A stretch of 64,000 nt of DNA from the NCBI GenBank assembly GCA_036517115.1, contig DATDYB010000005.1:18970-82969 (forward strand). Reading direction: 5' to 3'. The translations under genes were made by a program, and so were the position numbers. Positions 47,484 to 56,949 of this stretch are shown here, piece by piece. This DNA is from Minisyncoccota bacterium. GTDB taxonomy: Bacteria > Patescibacteriota > Minisyncoccia > Phycocordibacterales > PALSA-1337. The notes under the pieces are model-generated. The model was not told where the DNA came from. It ran no database searches and saw only the letters and a program-made list of their open reading frames with translations. The stretch's first letter is position 1. The number at the start of each line of letters is the position of its first letter.

Positions 47484-49529
47484 TTATTTCTCAATCTTGA
47501 GAACATCTCGGAGCACCGCTTCAGGCACTTCCTTTACCGGGACGGAAGGTTGTATGACTGGTGTGGATTCTGACTTTTTGTTTTCCGGCCGACTCTGAGA
47601 TTTTTCTTGTGGCTTTGGAGATATCGGAGTAGGTCCTGTTGTTATCACCTTCGATAATGCGGCACGGAGATCATTCAAATTTTCTTTGCTAGGGGCTTTA
47701 CCGTCATTTTTTGCAGGTGTTTTAAGTGACTGTAATGACACGGGCTTCGGAGTTGTCACTGGCTGTGTAGGTGATGATGGAGTGGGAGTCGCAACAGATT
47801 TTGGAATTACGGGAGCTACAGTCGGAGTCGGTGTTGCTTTCGCTAAAAGCTTCTGGAGTTCACTTTTAAGCGTGCCTCCTCCTAGATCATCTTTAGGGGG
47901 CTCTCTTCGTTCCAACTGAGCCTGTGGAGTAGGTTCTGCTGCTCTAGGTTGCGAAGGAGCCTGACCTGATGGTTCAGATGGTGTAGCCGGACGCTGTAAA
48001 GGAGCCGCGGGACGTGGAGCTTCTTTAGTTGGTGACGATGAGGATGGTCGTGGAGGTTGTGCTGGAGCACTCGGTCGAGGCTCGCTTTTTTCAAGACGAG
48101 TAGGAGCTGGTGCTGGACGTCCCAGTGCCGGAATTGCCTTGCCATTGAGGCTTGGTCCCACATCGGGACGTTGTCCCGAAGGGACCAGCTTTGAGGAAGA
48201 GACAACGTCGGGAGCGGGACGTTTAGGCGCAGGGATCGAAATGGTCTCATGCCATTTTTTGATTTCTCCTTCGACATCGATTCTCGTCTGCGCAAATTGG
48301 CCGCGCGAAGCATCAAGAATCTCTTTTACATAGGTTACTTCTGGCTCCTTGATGGGCGGCAAGGTGGTGGCGGAAAAAGGATGGGAGCTCACGCCGTCGA
48401 TCATGAGCTTAAGATAAATTTGCGTAAAGCCCAGATTCACCAGATCTTCGGCGGTGAACTGCGGCGCAAATTCTTTTTCCAATACTTCCGCGTCATAGGC
48501 GCCGACACGGAACGTCACCATTGTACCGACGTTGCCGAATACTGCCGCCCGCACTTCCTCTTCCATTTGTTCGATGTACTGATGTGCGATGGTAAGGTTC
48601 AAATTGTACTTTCGAGCCTCTGAGAGAATGTCCGCGAAAGACTCATTAGCAAAAGATTGGAACTCGTCCACATAGAGATAGAAATTCGGTAGTGTTTTTA
48701 GTACCTTTGGCGCCACATCCGCACGACTCATGGCAGCCAAATATATTTTGGTAATGAGCATGCCGCCTAGGAGGTTGGCATTCGACTCCCCCACTCTTCC
48801 CTTGGAAAGGTTGATGATGATAATCTTTTTTTCATCCATCATTTTACGAATGTCAAAGGACGATCGCGGCTGTCCGATCATGTTGCGAATGAGAGCGTTC
48901 GAAGTGAATTGTCCGATCTTGTTTTGGATGGCGGGTGTGGCTTCGGCGGCAAACTTTTCAGTGTATTTTCCGAACTCGTCAATCCAGAATGATTTCACCG
49001 CCGGGTCTGTGACGTTATCAACTACCTTCTTTCGGTATTCCTTGTCGGCGAGCATTTTGTTTACACCTAAGAGCGTCGCGTCAGGATATTCAAGAAGCGC
49101 CAAGAGTGTGTTCGCAAGAATATATTCCATACGGGCCGACCACGCGTCCACCCAAATCTTTTTGAAGGTTGACATGAGCCCTGATACCACAAGATGTCGT
49201 TTATCAGCATCGACTTTTTCGAGCACGTTGAAAGAGACGGGATAATCAAGATCGAAAGGAGCGAAATAGAGTACATCCTTAATGCGCTCTTTCGGGACAT
49301 ACTCGAGCAAAAGATCAGCAGTTTTGCCGTGCGGGTCGATAAAGGCCAATCCTTCGCCGTTTTGAATATCTTGCACTGCCATGTTCTCAAGCAGCGTCGA
49401 TTTACCCATACCGGTTTTGCCGATAACGTAGACATGCTTCGTGCGGTCTTTAGCTTTGATACCAAAAGGAGTTTTTTTGTTTCTTGAATCCGCTTGGCCA
49501 AAATATGTAATTCTATTTTCGTCGATCAT
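47484..49529 (-). CDS. TraD/VirD4-like (HerA-FtsK superfamily) ATPase with long Pro-rich tail
   Basis: HVYVIGKTGMGKS, IDPHG, LYVDEFQ, SEARKY and AHQY. The C-terminal third is P/S/T/A-rich low-complexity sequence. Confidence 0.88.
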   Translation of the reverse strand: MIDENRITYFGQADSRNKKTPFGIKAKDRTKHVYVIGKTGMGKSTLLENMAVQDIQNGEGLAFIDPHGKTADLLLEYVPKERIKDVLYFAPFDLDYPVSFNVLEKVDADKRHLVVSGLMSTFKKIWVDAWSARMEYILANTLLALLEYPDATLLGVNKMLADKEYRKKVVDNVTDPAVKSFWIDEFGKYTEKFAAEATPAIQNKIGQFTSNALIRNMIGQPRSSFDIRKMMDEKKIIIINLSKGRVGESNANLLGGMLITKIYLAAMSRADVAPKVLKTLPNFYLYVDEFQSFANESFADILSEARKYNLNLTIAHQYIEQMEEEVRAAVFGNVGTMVTFRVGAYDAEVLEKEFAPQFTAEDLVNLGFTQIYLKLMIDGVSSHPFSATTLPPIKEPEVTYVKEILDASRGQFAQTRIDVEGEIKKWHETISIPAPKRPAPDVVSSSKLVPSGQRPDVGPSLNGKAIPALGRPAPAPTRLEKSEPRPSAPAQPPRPSSSSPTKEAPRPAAPLQRPATPSEPSGQAPSQPRAAEPTPQAQLERREPPKDDLGGGTLKSELQKLLAKATPTPTVAPVIPKSVATPTPSSPTQPVTTPKPVSLQSLKTPAKNDGKAPSKENLNDLRAALSKVITTGPTPISPKPQEKSQSRPENKKSESTPVIQPSVPVKEVPEAVLRDVLKIEK

Positions 49530-49579
49530 AGAGCAAAGTATGTATAGTATTATATCACGCAGATTGTAGATAAAAAGTT

Positions 49580-49608
49580 AGCCCAGCACATTTGGAATGT
49601 GCTGGGCT
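49580..49608 (-). terminator. Probable intrinsic terminator
   Basis: 13-bp perfect stem AGCCCAGCACATT-TGG-AATGTGCTGGGCT. A T-rich run follows on the minus strand. Confidence 0.65.
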
Positions 49609-49621
49609 GGTTTAGTTTATA

Positions 49622-49885
49622 TTAAACCATTGCATAGGTTCGAGCCACTCGAAGTGCTCGTAACACCGGAATATCATGTTTTCTCCCTTGAATTACCTCC
49701 ACACGATACTGCGGATCAGTGAGATCCAGGATAGTCGTTGCTTCAAGCTTTGACATCGGAAGATGTTCGAGCATGAGTTGTTGTCCTTGTATCCTCCGCA
49801 CGGAAGCCATCGAAGGCTTCACGCACAGAGGTCTCACTGTCACTCTTCGGACAGACGCTGCTGCCCGTATATGGTGTGCACTCAT
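49622..49885 (-). CDS. Small hypothetical protein
   Basis: 87-aa ORF filling an intergenic gap and followed by a terminator-like hairpin. No recognisable motif. Confidence 0.35.
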   Translation of the reverse strand: MSAHHIRAAASVRRVTVRPLCVKPSMASVRRIQGQQLMLEHLPMSKLEATTILDLTDPQYRVEVIQGRKHDIPVLRALRVARTYAMV

Positions 49886-49991
49886 AGGTTGTTACCGCAC
49901 CGACGTTGTTGGTTTTGTTCTAGGAACACGACATGCCTGCTCTAGTGCAAACAAGTTCCGCCTTCCATACTATCAGATTTAATCACATTTG

Positions 49992-51191
49992 TCAATCCCG
50001 TTCATCAGTTGTTGAGGCAGAGAGGAGCGCATCCCGCGTATAGCGATTGGAGGGATTCCATAGCATCCAGGAGTCGAGCCCTGCATCATAGGTCGCCTGA
50101 ATCTGAGCCCTCACTTCTTTCGGTCCATACACTCCACCGTAATTAAAATCCTGCAACCACGGCCTTAATTTCAAAGGAGTAGTGCTCGCGTTCGTTGCCC
50201 GCAAGGCCGCGCTGTCCATTGAGAACTTTATGATCTCGTATGGTACCTTATTCGGATCGGGCCAACCGTTGAAATTCGGCGGGTAATGAGACGGGTAGAC
50301 CATGGGTGCGACATAATCAAAATGTGTCAAAGCATGTTCAAGGATTTGTCCGATATTTAAATCATCCTTGTTGGTCGCTGTCATTCCAAAGAGGTCGGCT
50401 GAAACAGTAATGCCCTCGGAGCGAAGTACGTCGGTAATATAGCTAAAAAATTCATTGATGACCTCGGCTTTTTTTCTGCTACCGGCCCAAGGAAACGAAA
50501 TATCATTCATAGGACCGTCGGATGGAAAGCGTATATAGTCAAGATTGATTTCATCAAACCCTCGCGCATACGCCTCTTTTGAAATCGCCGTGATATATTC
50601 CCATACCGGCTTTGCTCCCGCATCGAGCCATCGCACACCTTTGTGATCTTTCCATTCTGTAGTGCCATTTTTATTTTTCACGGCCAGTTCAGGTCGCTTC
50701 CCTACCAAGTATTGATCTTGGAACACCGAGACTCTGCCGATGACATAAATATTTTTTTCATGAAGGGTTTTAATGAGCTCGTCCAGATCGCTGATGCGAC
50801 GTTCGGACGCTCCCGTCTCTTTGAGTACCGGATCATTCACTGGAAACGCGATGCGTCCTGTGTAATCTTTAATATCAATGACTACCGCATTAACCTCAGT
50901 TTCATCAATGAGTGAAATGACTCCTTGACGCACTGCCGGTGAACCAGCAACATAGCTAGTCATGTAGACAGCCTTGAGCGGCACGGGCGTCGCTAGATGA
51001 AGAGGGATACTAGGGATTACTGCCACCTCGGCCTTAATAGGAGCGACGGAGATATAGGTAAAAGGAAAAAGTTCGGGTATGCCTACATAGAGTGCCGAGA
51101 GAGATAAAAGAGAAAACACCAGAAGTAGGTAACCCCAGACTATTCCGGATTTTCTCTTGGTTTCCGGAAAATGGGAAGCACCTTTTCTCAT
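49992..51191 (-). CDS. Membrane-anchored putative glycoside hydrolase (DUF4015-like TIM barrel)
   Basis: N-terminal TM, NAVVIDIKD, GFDEINLDYIRFP, PMVYPSHY and RPWLQDF. Confidence 0.8.
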   Translation of the reverse strand: MRKGASHFPETKRKSGIVWGYLLLVFSLLSLSALYVGIPELFPFTYISVAPIKAEVAVIPSIPLHLATPVPLKAVYMTSYVAGSPAVRQGVISLIDETEVNAVVIDIKDYTGRIAFPVNDPVLKETGASERRISDLDELIKTLHEKNIYVIGRVSVFQDQYLVGKRPELAVKNKNGTTEWKDHKGVRWLDAGAKPVWEYITAISKEAYARGFDEINLDYIRFPSDGPMNDISFPWAGSRKKAEVINEFFSYITDVLRSEGITVSADLFGMTATNKDDLNIGQILEHALTHFDYVAPMVYPSHYPPNFNGWPDPNKVPYEIIKFSMDSAALRATNASTTPLKLRPWLQDFNYGGVYGPKEVRAQIQATYDAGLDSWMLWNPSNRYTRDALLSASTTDERD

Positions 51192-51422
51192 TTAATTAGC
51201 GAGCGTGCTGTTTCGGTTATCGATAAATACCTGATCGGTTGATTCCTTTTCTATGCCACATCCGCATGTTCGTGCGGGATTGTATCTGCGATACCCATAT
51301 GAACCAAGAAGAAAAAACCCTGTCACTACAAGAAGTATTGTTTTCCAAGAATCCGGAAAACCCAAAAAAGGTAGTACTAAGATCCAGATGCCGAGAGTAA
51401 GTACTGTTTGTGACTTTAACAT
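51192..51422 (-). CDS. Small two-TM membrane protein
   Basis: LGIWILVLPFLGFPDSWK hydrophobic hairpin. Abuts the next gene. Confidence 0.65.
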   Translation of the reverse strand: MLKSQTVLTLGIWILVLPFLGFPDSWKTILLVVTGFFLLGSYGYRRYNPARTCGCGIEKESTDQVFIDNRNSTLAN

Positions 51423-51547
51423 ATAGTCATTATATTCTATTTTCCCAAAGCGCAAACTGTGGAGAACTCCGAAAGTACCCCTTCGAACACAGGTGTGATA
51501 GGATGATGCCAGAAAAATTGAACCAAACCTTGAAAGGAGGTGAGTCT

Positions 51548-52051
51548 ATGAAGTGGTGGCAATATAGAGCACGGTCACATCCAGGACGATTAGCGGCCCG
51601 ACTTGTGAAATACAGAGAAGGCCAGATCATGTTGGAGTCAAAAAAAGAAAAGGGGCAGGAGACGGAAGTATGGCGAGGCGCCATAGAGGAAATAATCCCT
51701 GTCCGAACCACCGTGCATTTTCATTTGCACTGGCTGGCGAAAAGAAGAAGTGTTTTTGACAAACATTGGTCAAAAAAATGGGAATGGGAATTCGAAAAAC
51801 GCGCTACCAGTCTTCCTTACGTTCTCGATATCCAAACAGGGATCGAACCCGCAGGGTCTGACCCTATTGAACTTGAGAAGGAAATTTTCAAGTTTTATCA
51901 GAACAAACAAAGTAAGTGCGGTGGGATTACTTTTCCCAAACGTTGCTTCTTTGTAACAACACAGGGAGAAAACGGAACGTTGTTCCAACCCTCTGATCCA
52001 TATAACCTGGAGATACGGGGAGACGAGCTCATCGATCCTTTAAGCACATAA
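51548..52051 (+). CDS. Hypothetical protein
   Basis: Strong SD (AAAGGAGGTGA) just before the ATG at 51548. Hairpin after the stop (52048-52076). Confidence 0.6.
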   Translation: MKWWQYRARSHPGRLAARLVKYREGQIMLESKKEKGQETEVWRGAIEEIIPVRTTVHFHLHWLAKRRSVFDKHWSKKWEWEFEKRATSLPYVLDIQTGIEPAGSDPIELEKEIFKFYQNKQSKCGGITFPKRCFFVTTQGENGTLFQPSDPYNLEIRGDELIDPLST

Positions 52052-52098
52052 CCCCTACCGAAAGGCCGGGGGTTATCATTTTATACCCAACCCCGAGC

Positions 52099-52800
52099 CT
52101 AATGGAATGACTCCACCATCACCACGAATTCCCCGCGCACCTTTTCAGGATGGCCTTTAAAGTAATTCAGTACCTCTTCCGGCGTACCAGAGACGATCTC
52201 TTCAAACACCTTAGTGAGTTCCCGCGCCACCACAACTTTTCTATTACTTGGAAGCTCGGCTTCCAAGTGGATGTTGAGTGCTTCGAGCGTTTTCAATATC
52301 CGATGCGGGGATTCGTAAAATACGACGGTTCTTTCGGAGTCGGCTATTTCTTTAAAAAGAGTCTGTCGTCCTTTCTTATGCGGCAGGAATCCTAAGAACA
52401 AAAAGTCAGAGGAGGGCAAGCCGCTTGCTGAGAGAGCGGCCGTGAGTGCGGATGCACCGGGAATAGGCATGACAGTCACTTCTCCTTTCTTAAAATGATC
52501 CCGCACTTCTTTCACGATCAAACATCCCGGATCAGAGATCCCTGGGGTACCCGCATCGGTTACGAGTGCAAGATTTTTTCCTTCTTCGAGTAAACCGATG
52601 AGTTGCTCCGACTTCGCCTCGGTACTGTGGGCATTATAGGAAATGAGAGGTTTTTTGATCTCGTATTTGTTGAGTAAGCGGGCGGTCATCCGCGTATCCT
52701 CGCAAATAACGCCGTCAACATTTTTGAGAATGTTAAGCGCCCGAAGAGTAATATCTTCAAGATTACCGATGGGTGTTGCCACAATGTAGAGGATAGCCAT
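52099..52800 (-). CDS. rsmI: 16S rRNA (cytidine1402-2'-O)-methyltransferase
   Basis: VATPIGNLEDITLRA, CEDTR, DAGTPGISDPG, FYESPHR, RELTK and GEFVV. Confidence 0.96.
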   Translation of the reverse strand: MAILYIVATPIGNLEDITLRALNILKNVDGVICEDTRMTARLLNKYEIKKPLISYNAHSTEAKSEQLIGLLEEGKNLALVTDAGTPGISDPGCLIVKEVRDHFKKGEVTVMPIPGASALTAALSASGLPSSDFLFLGFLPHKKGRQTLFKEIADSERTVVFYESPHRILKTLEALNIHLEAELPSNRKVVVARELTKVFEEIVSGTPEEVLNYFKGHPEKVRGEFVVMVESFH

Positions 52801-52908
52801 GCCTCTACCCTAGCAGATTTTTGAATGTTTACAATACGTGTGCATCGTCGACCGTAGGTAGTAGATTTCATAGTGATTTGTAGTTCGTATTGCTGTATAA
52901 TCGGCCTA

Positions 52909-54138
52909 ATGGACGAGCTTAGAACAACACTCAAAAAAAGACCGATCGTATACGTTACTCGCGACATCGAGCGGGCACTCGGTTTCTTGCCTTCGGATGG
53001 CTATTTTGTAATTAGCAACCGTACCAGCTACGCAGAAAAGATACTCACCAAACATCCCAACAATGTTGTACTCATTGATCGCGTGGATAGTGGCATGCTT
53101 GATACTCATGAACTACTATCCACCTCTGAAGTAGCCACCACAATTTCAAAGCACGCCGCACACGTCATGGTGTTTAAAAATACTTCGGCTATTGAAACGA
53201 TTTGTAAAGAAAGGGGCTGGAGTTTACTTAACCCAAAAGCCGCTCTTGCTGAAATGATTGAAAATAAAATAACTCAAGTTGCATGGCTCGGCAAACTCAA
53301 AAAATTCCTACCACCGCACCGCATCACTACAGGGAAAGATTGTGTATGGAGCAATACACCCTTTATCGTTCAATACGCGCATGCTCACACCGGTGAAGGT
53401 ACGATCCTCGTCAATAACAATGAAACAGCGGAAAACATCCGAGAAACATTCCCTCATCGCGAGGTACGAATCACCGACTTCGTCGATGGTCCTGTATTTA
53501 CGAGCAATAACATCGTCACAGAGGAAGAAGTGCTCCTCGGAAACGTAAGTTACCAGATCACCGGTCTCTCACCATTTACCGAAAATAAATTCTCTACGAT
53601 CGGCAACGACTGGAACTTTGCAACAAGAACACTCTCGCCTACTCAAAAAAGCGAGATCGAAAAAATGGTCCGGGAGATCGGAAAAAGAATGAGAGATGAT
53701 GGATGGAAGGGTCTTTTTGGCGTCGATGTAATCCTCGACTCAAAAACAGGAAAAATATACTTGATTGAAATCAACGCACGCCAACCGGCTTCTACGACAT
53801 ATGAATCACAACTCCAAAAAAAATCTAACCCTTTTAGCATTTCCGTATTCGAGGCTCATCTCGCTTCCCTCCTCGGTCTTTCAACCTTCAACCTTCAACC
53901 TTCAACTATTCTTGATGGCGCTCAAATCATCGCCCGTCATACCAACGCTCACATCGACACAGGAGGACTCGCGACAAAACTTCGCCAAATGAATCTTACT
54001 GTTATAGAATATGAAAATAACGCCCATAATGCAGACGCGTTACGAATTCAAAGCGGCCATTCACTAATCGAGAATGTGAACATACTGAACGATACCGGTA
54101 AACAGATTGCCTCCATCTTAAATCCTCATGGAAACTAA
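52909..54138 (+). CDS. ATP-grasp domain ligase
   Basis: IENK, HTGEGT loop and GLFGVDVI...YLIEINAR (metal-binding ExN motif). ATG at 52909. Confidence 0.8.
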   Translation: MDELRTTLKKRPIVYVTRDIERALGFLPSDGYFVISNRTSYAEKILTKHPNNVVLIDRVDSGMLDTHELLSTSEVATTISKHAAHVMVFKNTSAIETICKERGWSLLNPKAALAEMIENKITQVAWLGKLKKFLPPHRITTGKDCVWSNTPFIVQYAHAHTGEGTILVNNNETAENIRETFPHREVRITDFVDGPVFTSNNIVTEEEVLLGNVSYQITGLSPFTENKFSTIGNDWNFATRTLSPTQKSEIEKMVREIGKRMRDDGWKGLFGVDVILDSKTGKIYLIEINARQPASTTYESQLQKKSNPFSISVFEAHLASLLGLSTFNLQPSTILDGAQIIARHTNAHIDTGGLATKLRQMNLTVIEYENNAHNADALRIQSGHSLIENVNILNDTGKQIASILNPHGN

Positions 54139-54904
54139 CACCTTAACCGAAAAGGCTCTTGCCGTCATCAACGCGTACATGCACCTGCCTATTGGAAATG
54201 GTGTGGCGTGTCCCTACCATAATAATCGCCGACGAAAGGTACGTGCCGGTCTTCGGGCGCTGGTTGGCAAAGGAAGCGTGAACGACATCGTAGACGAAGC
54301 GACGATTATGAGCATTCGAGAAAAGAAACCGCTAGCTGCACTCACCACCCCTGAACTGACTAAATTTCTTGTCGACCATTCGTTAGGCATCGATTGTTCG
54401 GGATTCGCCTATTATGTACTTGATGAAGAGAGTAAAGCGTTTAATCGAGGAACGCTCCGGAGACGTTTACGATACCCTTTCGCCACCTCTCCGCTCCGGA
54501 AATTGATTATCCTTTTGCGGAAAGTTGAGAATGCTGGAGTAAGTACCTTCGCTCACCCCAACAATAGTCGAGAGATTGCTCTTGCTGAAATAAAACCTGG
54601 AGATTTTATTGCCATGACCTATGCCGGAGTAGGCACGGTTCTTGACCACATGGTGATTATTCATGCAGTCGACAAAGAAAACGAACGTGTCAAAACCATT
54701 CATTACTCTAATGCTATCGCTTGGTCTTCCGATGGACTCTACGGACATGGAGTGCGGCAAGGAACTATCAAGATCCTCAACGCCGAAAAATCAATCATCC
54801 ATCAATACTGGACTGAAAACGGGAAATCCGGAAACGAAAATTATACGCTCGTCCGCGCACTGCAATCATCCTCATGTACCATACGACGACTTAATTGGTT
54901 TTAA
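54128..54904 (+). CDS. NlpC/P60-like cysteine peptidase/amidase
   Basis: GIDCSGFAY catalytic Cys motif, PGD and a downstream His (DHMVII). Overlaps the ATP-grasp stop. Confidence 0.7.
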   Translation: METNTLTEKALAVINAYMHLPIGNGVACPYHNNRRRKVRAGLRALVGKGSVNDIVDEATIMSIREKKPLAALTTPELTKFLVDHSLGIDCSGFAYYVLDEESKAFNRGTLRRRLRYPFATSPLRKLIILLRKVENAGVSTFAHPNNSREIALAEIKPGDFIAMTYAGVGTVLDHMVIIHAVDKENERVKTIHYSNAIAWSSDGLYGHGVRQGTIKILNAEKSIIHQYWTENGKSGNENYTLVRALQSSSCTIRRLNWF

Positions 54905-54906
54905 AA

Positions 54907-54990
54907 TACCAATCTACAAATGGCTACGAATACTCTCGATCTTCACATTTGTAGCCATTCGTATATTTGCAAGGATTAGTATATTAGTAT
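54907..54990 (+). repeat. 84-bp direct repeat, copy 1 (hairpin-forming)
   Basis: 79/84 identical to 56181-56264. Confidence 0.9.
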
Positions 54991-55029
54991 CTATTTACTT
55001 AAGCTATTTTTACTGATAAAGTTTTGAGC

Positions 55030-56160
55030 ATGAATCTCACCGTAGCGACCATTCAAGCGCTTTCCTCAACCATCGGTTTTGCCATTCTAAGTGCTGTTGT
55101 AAGCTTCGCGTGGAGCCCTCTTTTGATCTTTCTTCTATATAAATACAACATTACGCGCAGAGCGGAATTTGACCCGACACTTGGTATGGAGTCGCGCAAA
55201 GATAAAGCCCATGTGCCGGTCATGGGAGGGCTTCTCGTTATCATCACTGTCGCCGTCATCACCATCGTTTTTAATTGGGAGAGAAGTTATACATGGGTAC
55301 CAATCGGCGTAATGATCCTTGCTGCCGCTCTGGGTGCCGCGGATGATTTACTCAATATTTTCGGCAACAAGCGCCGGTCTCGAAGCATACGCCAAATTTT
55401 CACCCTAATCCGCGTTCACCACGACTGGAAAATGCGTGTGTGGTATGTACTGACATTCCCCTGGTCCCTTTTCAAGCGCACCTCACTCTGGCTCGGCTCG
55501 CACCCGGGCACCGGCATTCATGTGCACGAAAAACTACTGCTTCAATTCATAGCGGGGGCGATCACGGCGTGGTGGGTCTACTTTAAACTGGGCGAAGATT
55601 GGCAATCGCTCTATGTTCCCTTCCACGGCTTTATCGACATCGGCTGGATCATCATTCCTCTCATTATCGTCGTGGTAATGTTTACCGCTAATGCAGTTAA
55701 TATCGCGGACGGCATGGACGGACTCGCCGGCGGCATGCTCATCCCCACCTTCGGCGCACTCGCTATTTTAAGTTGGACATCAAGCTATCATGAAATGGCA
55801 GTTTTGAATGCCACCGCCATGGGGGCGCTTGTGGCGTACACCTATTTCAATATAAAACCTGCTCGCTTTCAGATGGGCGATGTGGGGTCGCTCGGTCTCG
55901 GTGCGCTCCTCGCCATTAACACCATTGTAATCAATCAACTAATAGTTCTTCCGATTCTCGGCTTCATGTTCTACATCGAGGCAGTGAGCGTGGTGATTCA
56001 GGTATCTGGTCGCTATCTTTTAGGTCGGAGAATTTTCAAAATGGCTCCCATCCATCATCACTTCGAGCTCAAAGGCTGGAGTGAGGAAAAAACCATCATG
56101 CGCTTCTGGATCATTCACCTGGCGGCGGTACTTCTCGGGATGTGGGTAGCGCTTCATTAA
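55030..56160 (+). CDS. mraY: Phospho-N-acetylmuramoyl-pentapeptide transferase (MraY family)
   Basis: PVMGG, ADD, NAVNIADGMDGL, MGDVGS and FKMAPIHHHFE. An extra segment of roughly 45 aa follows the DD motif. Confidence 0.88.
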   Translation: MNLTVATIQALSSTIGFAILSAVVSFAWSPLLIFLLYKYNITRRAEFDPTLGMESRKDKAHVPVMGGLLVIITVAVITIVFNWERSYTWVPIGVMILAAALGAADDLLNIFGNKRRSRSIRQIFTLIRVHHDWKMRVWYVLTFPWSLFKRTSLWLGSHPGTGIHVHEKLLLQFIAGAITAWWVYFKLGEDWQSLYVPFHGFIDIGWIIIPLIIVVVMFTANAVNIADGMDGLAGGMLIPTFGALAILSWTSSYHEMAVLNATAMGALVAYTYFNIKPARFQMGDVGSLGLGALLAINTIVINQLIVLPILGFMFYIEAVSVVIQVSGRYLLGRRIFKMAPIHHHFELKGWSEEKTIMRFWIIHLAAVLLGMWVALH

Positions 56161-56180
56161 AAACCAAATATACGAATGAG

Positions 56181-56264
56181 TACCAATCTACAAATGGCTA
56201 CGAATACTCAAGATCTTAACATTTGTAGCCATTTGTAGATTTGCAAGGATTAGTATATTAGTAT
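56181..56264 (+). repeat. 84-bp direct repeat, copy 2
   Basis: 79/84 identical to 54907-54990. Its last bases supply the AT of the next start codon. Confidence 0.9.
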
Positions 56265-56949
56265 GTACCTTTTCTGGAACAAAAAAACTATAACCGACTT
56301 CAGTGATTCAAACATAGAGTCGCTCTATAATGACGGCTTCGTTTTCACCCGCCTCGGCAAAGGGGTGATGCATCAGACGAGGAGTGCCCGGATCGATCTT
56401 TCAAAGTTCGAACTCTCGAGCGAAAACCGAAGAATTTTAAAAAAAGTGGAAGGGTTATGTTTAGAGAAACACCCGATCCCCTATTTAGAATACTCTTGGG
56501 AAATTGGAAAAATAGCTAAAGATTTTTATACTTCTCGAGATGCTGATTTTTCCGCAAATAAAATAAAGGAATTACTAACCGATGATACTGAATCGAACTT
56601 TAACATCCTACTCGCCTTTGAAGAGGACACCATCCCCTCCCCATCCTCCCCTTTCCAAGGGGAGGTGGCCGAAGGCCGGAGGGGTTATGCTATCTGCTAC
56701 CAATCCCCAACCCTGCTCCACTACAGCTACCCTTTTTATGATCTCTCCGCCCCCAAAGACACCGGTCTCGGTATGATGCTCAAAGCGATCCTCTGGGCAA
56801 AAGAAAATGGCAAAAAATATTTTTATCTAGGTTCGCTCCAACGTCCTACCGACGTCTACAAGCTCCAATTTGCGGGATTGGAGTGGTTCGACGGAAAGAA
56901 GTGGCAAACCGATCTTGCAACAGCTAAGAAAACTCTCAATGAAAATTAA
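56263..56949 (+). CDS. Ate/Bpt-like aminoacyl-tRNA-dependent transferase (GNAT fold)
   Basis: RIDLSKFELSSENRRILKK and YPFYD...LG...KYFYLG...YKLQF resemble ATE_N/ATE_C patterns. Confidence 0.65.
   Translation: MYLFWNKKTITDFSDSNIESLYNDGFVFTRLGKGVMHQTRSARIDLSKFELSSENRRILKKVEGLCLEKHPIPYLEYSWEIGKIAKDFYTSRDADFSANKIKELLTDDTESNFNILLAFEEDTIPSPSSPFQGEVAEGRRGYAICYQSPTLLHYSYPFYDLSAPKDTGLGMMLKAILWAKENGKKYFYLGSLQRPTDVYKLQFAGLEWFDGKKWQTDLATAKKTLNEN

Noticed and set aside
47484-49529. Conjugative element/ICE
   Set aside because: No relaxase, VirB4, integrase or att-like boundaries. The neighbours are ordinary chromosomal genes.
54907-56264. Repeat pairs as a CRISPR array
   Set aside because: Only two long copies separated by a whole gene. 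No regular repeat-spacer periodicity anywhere in the window and no cas genes.
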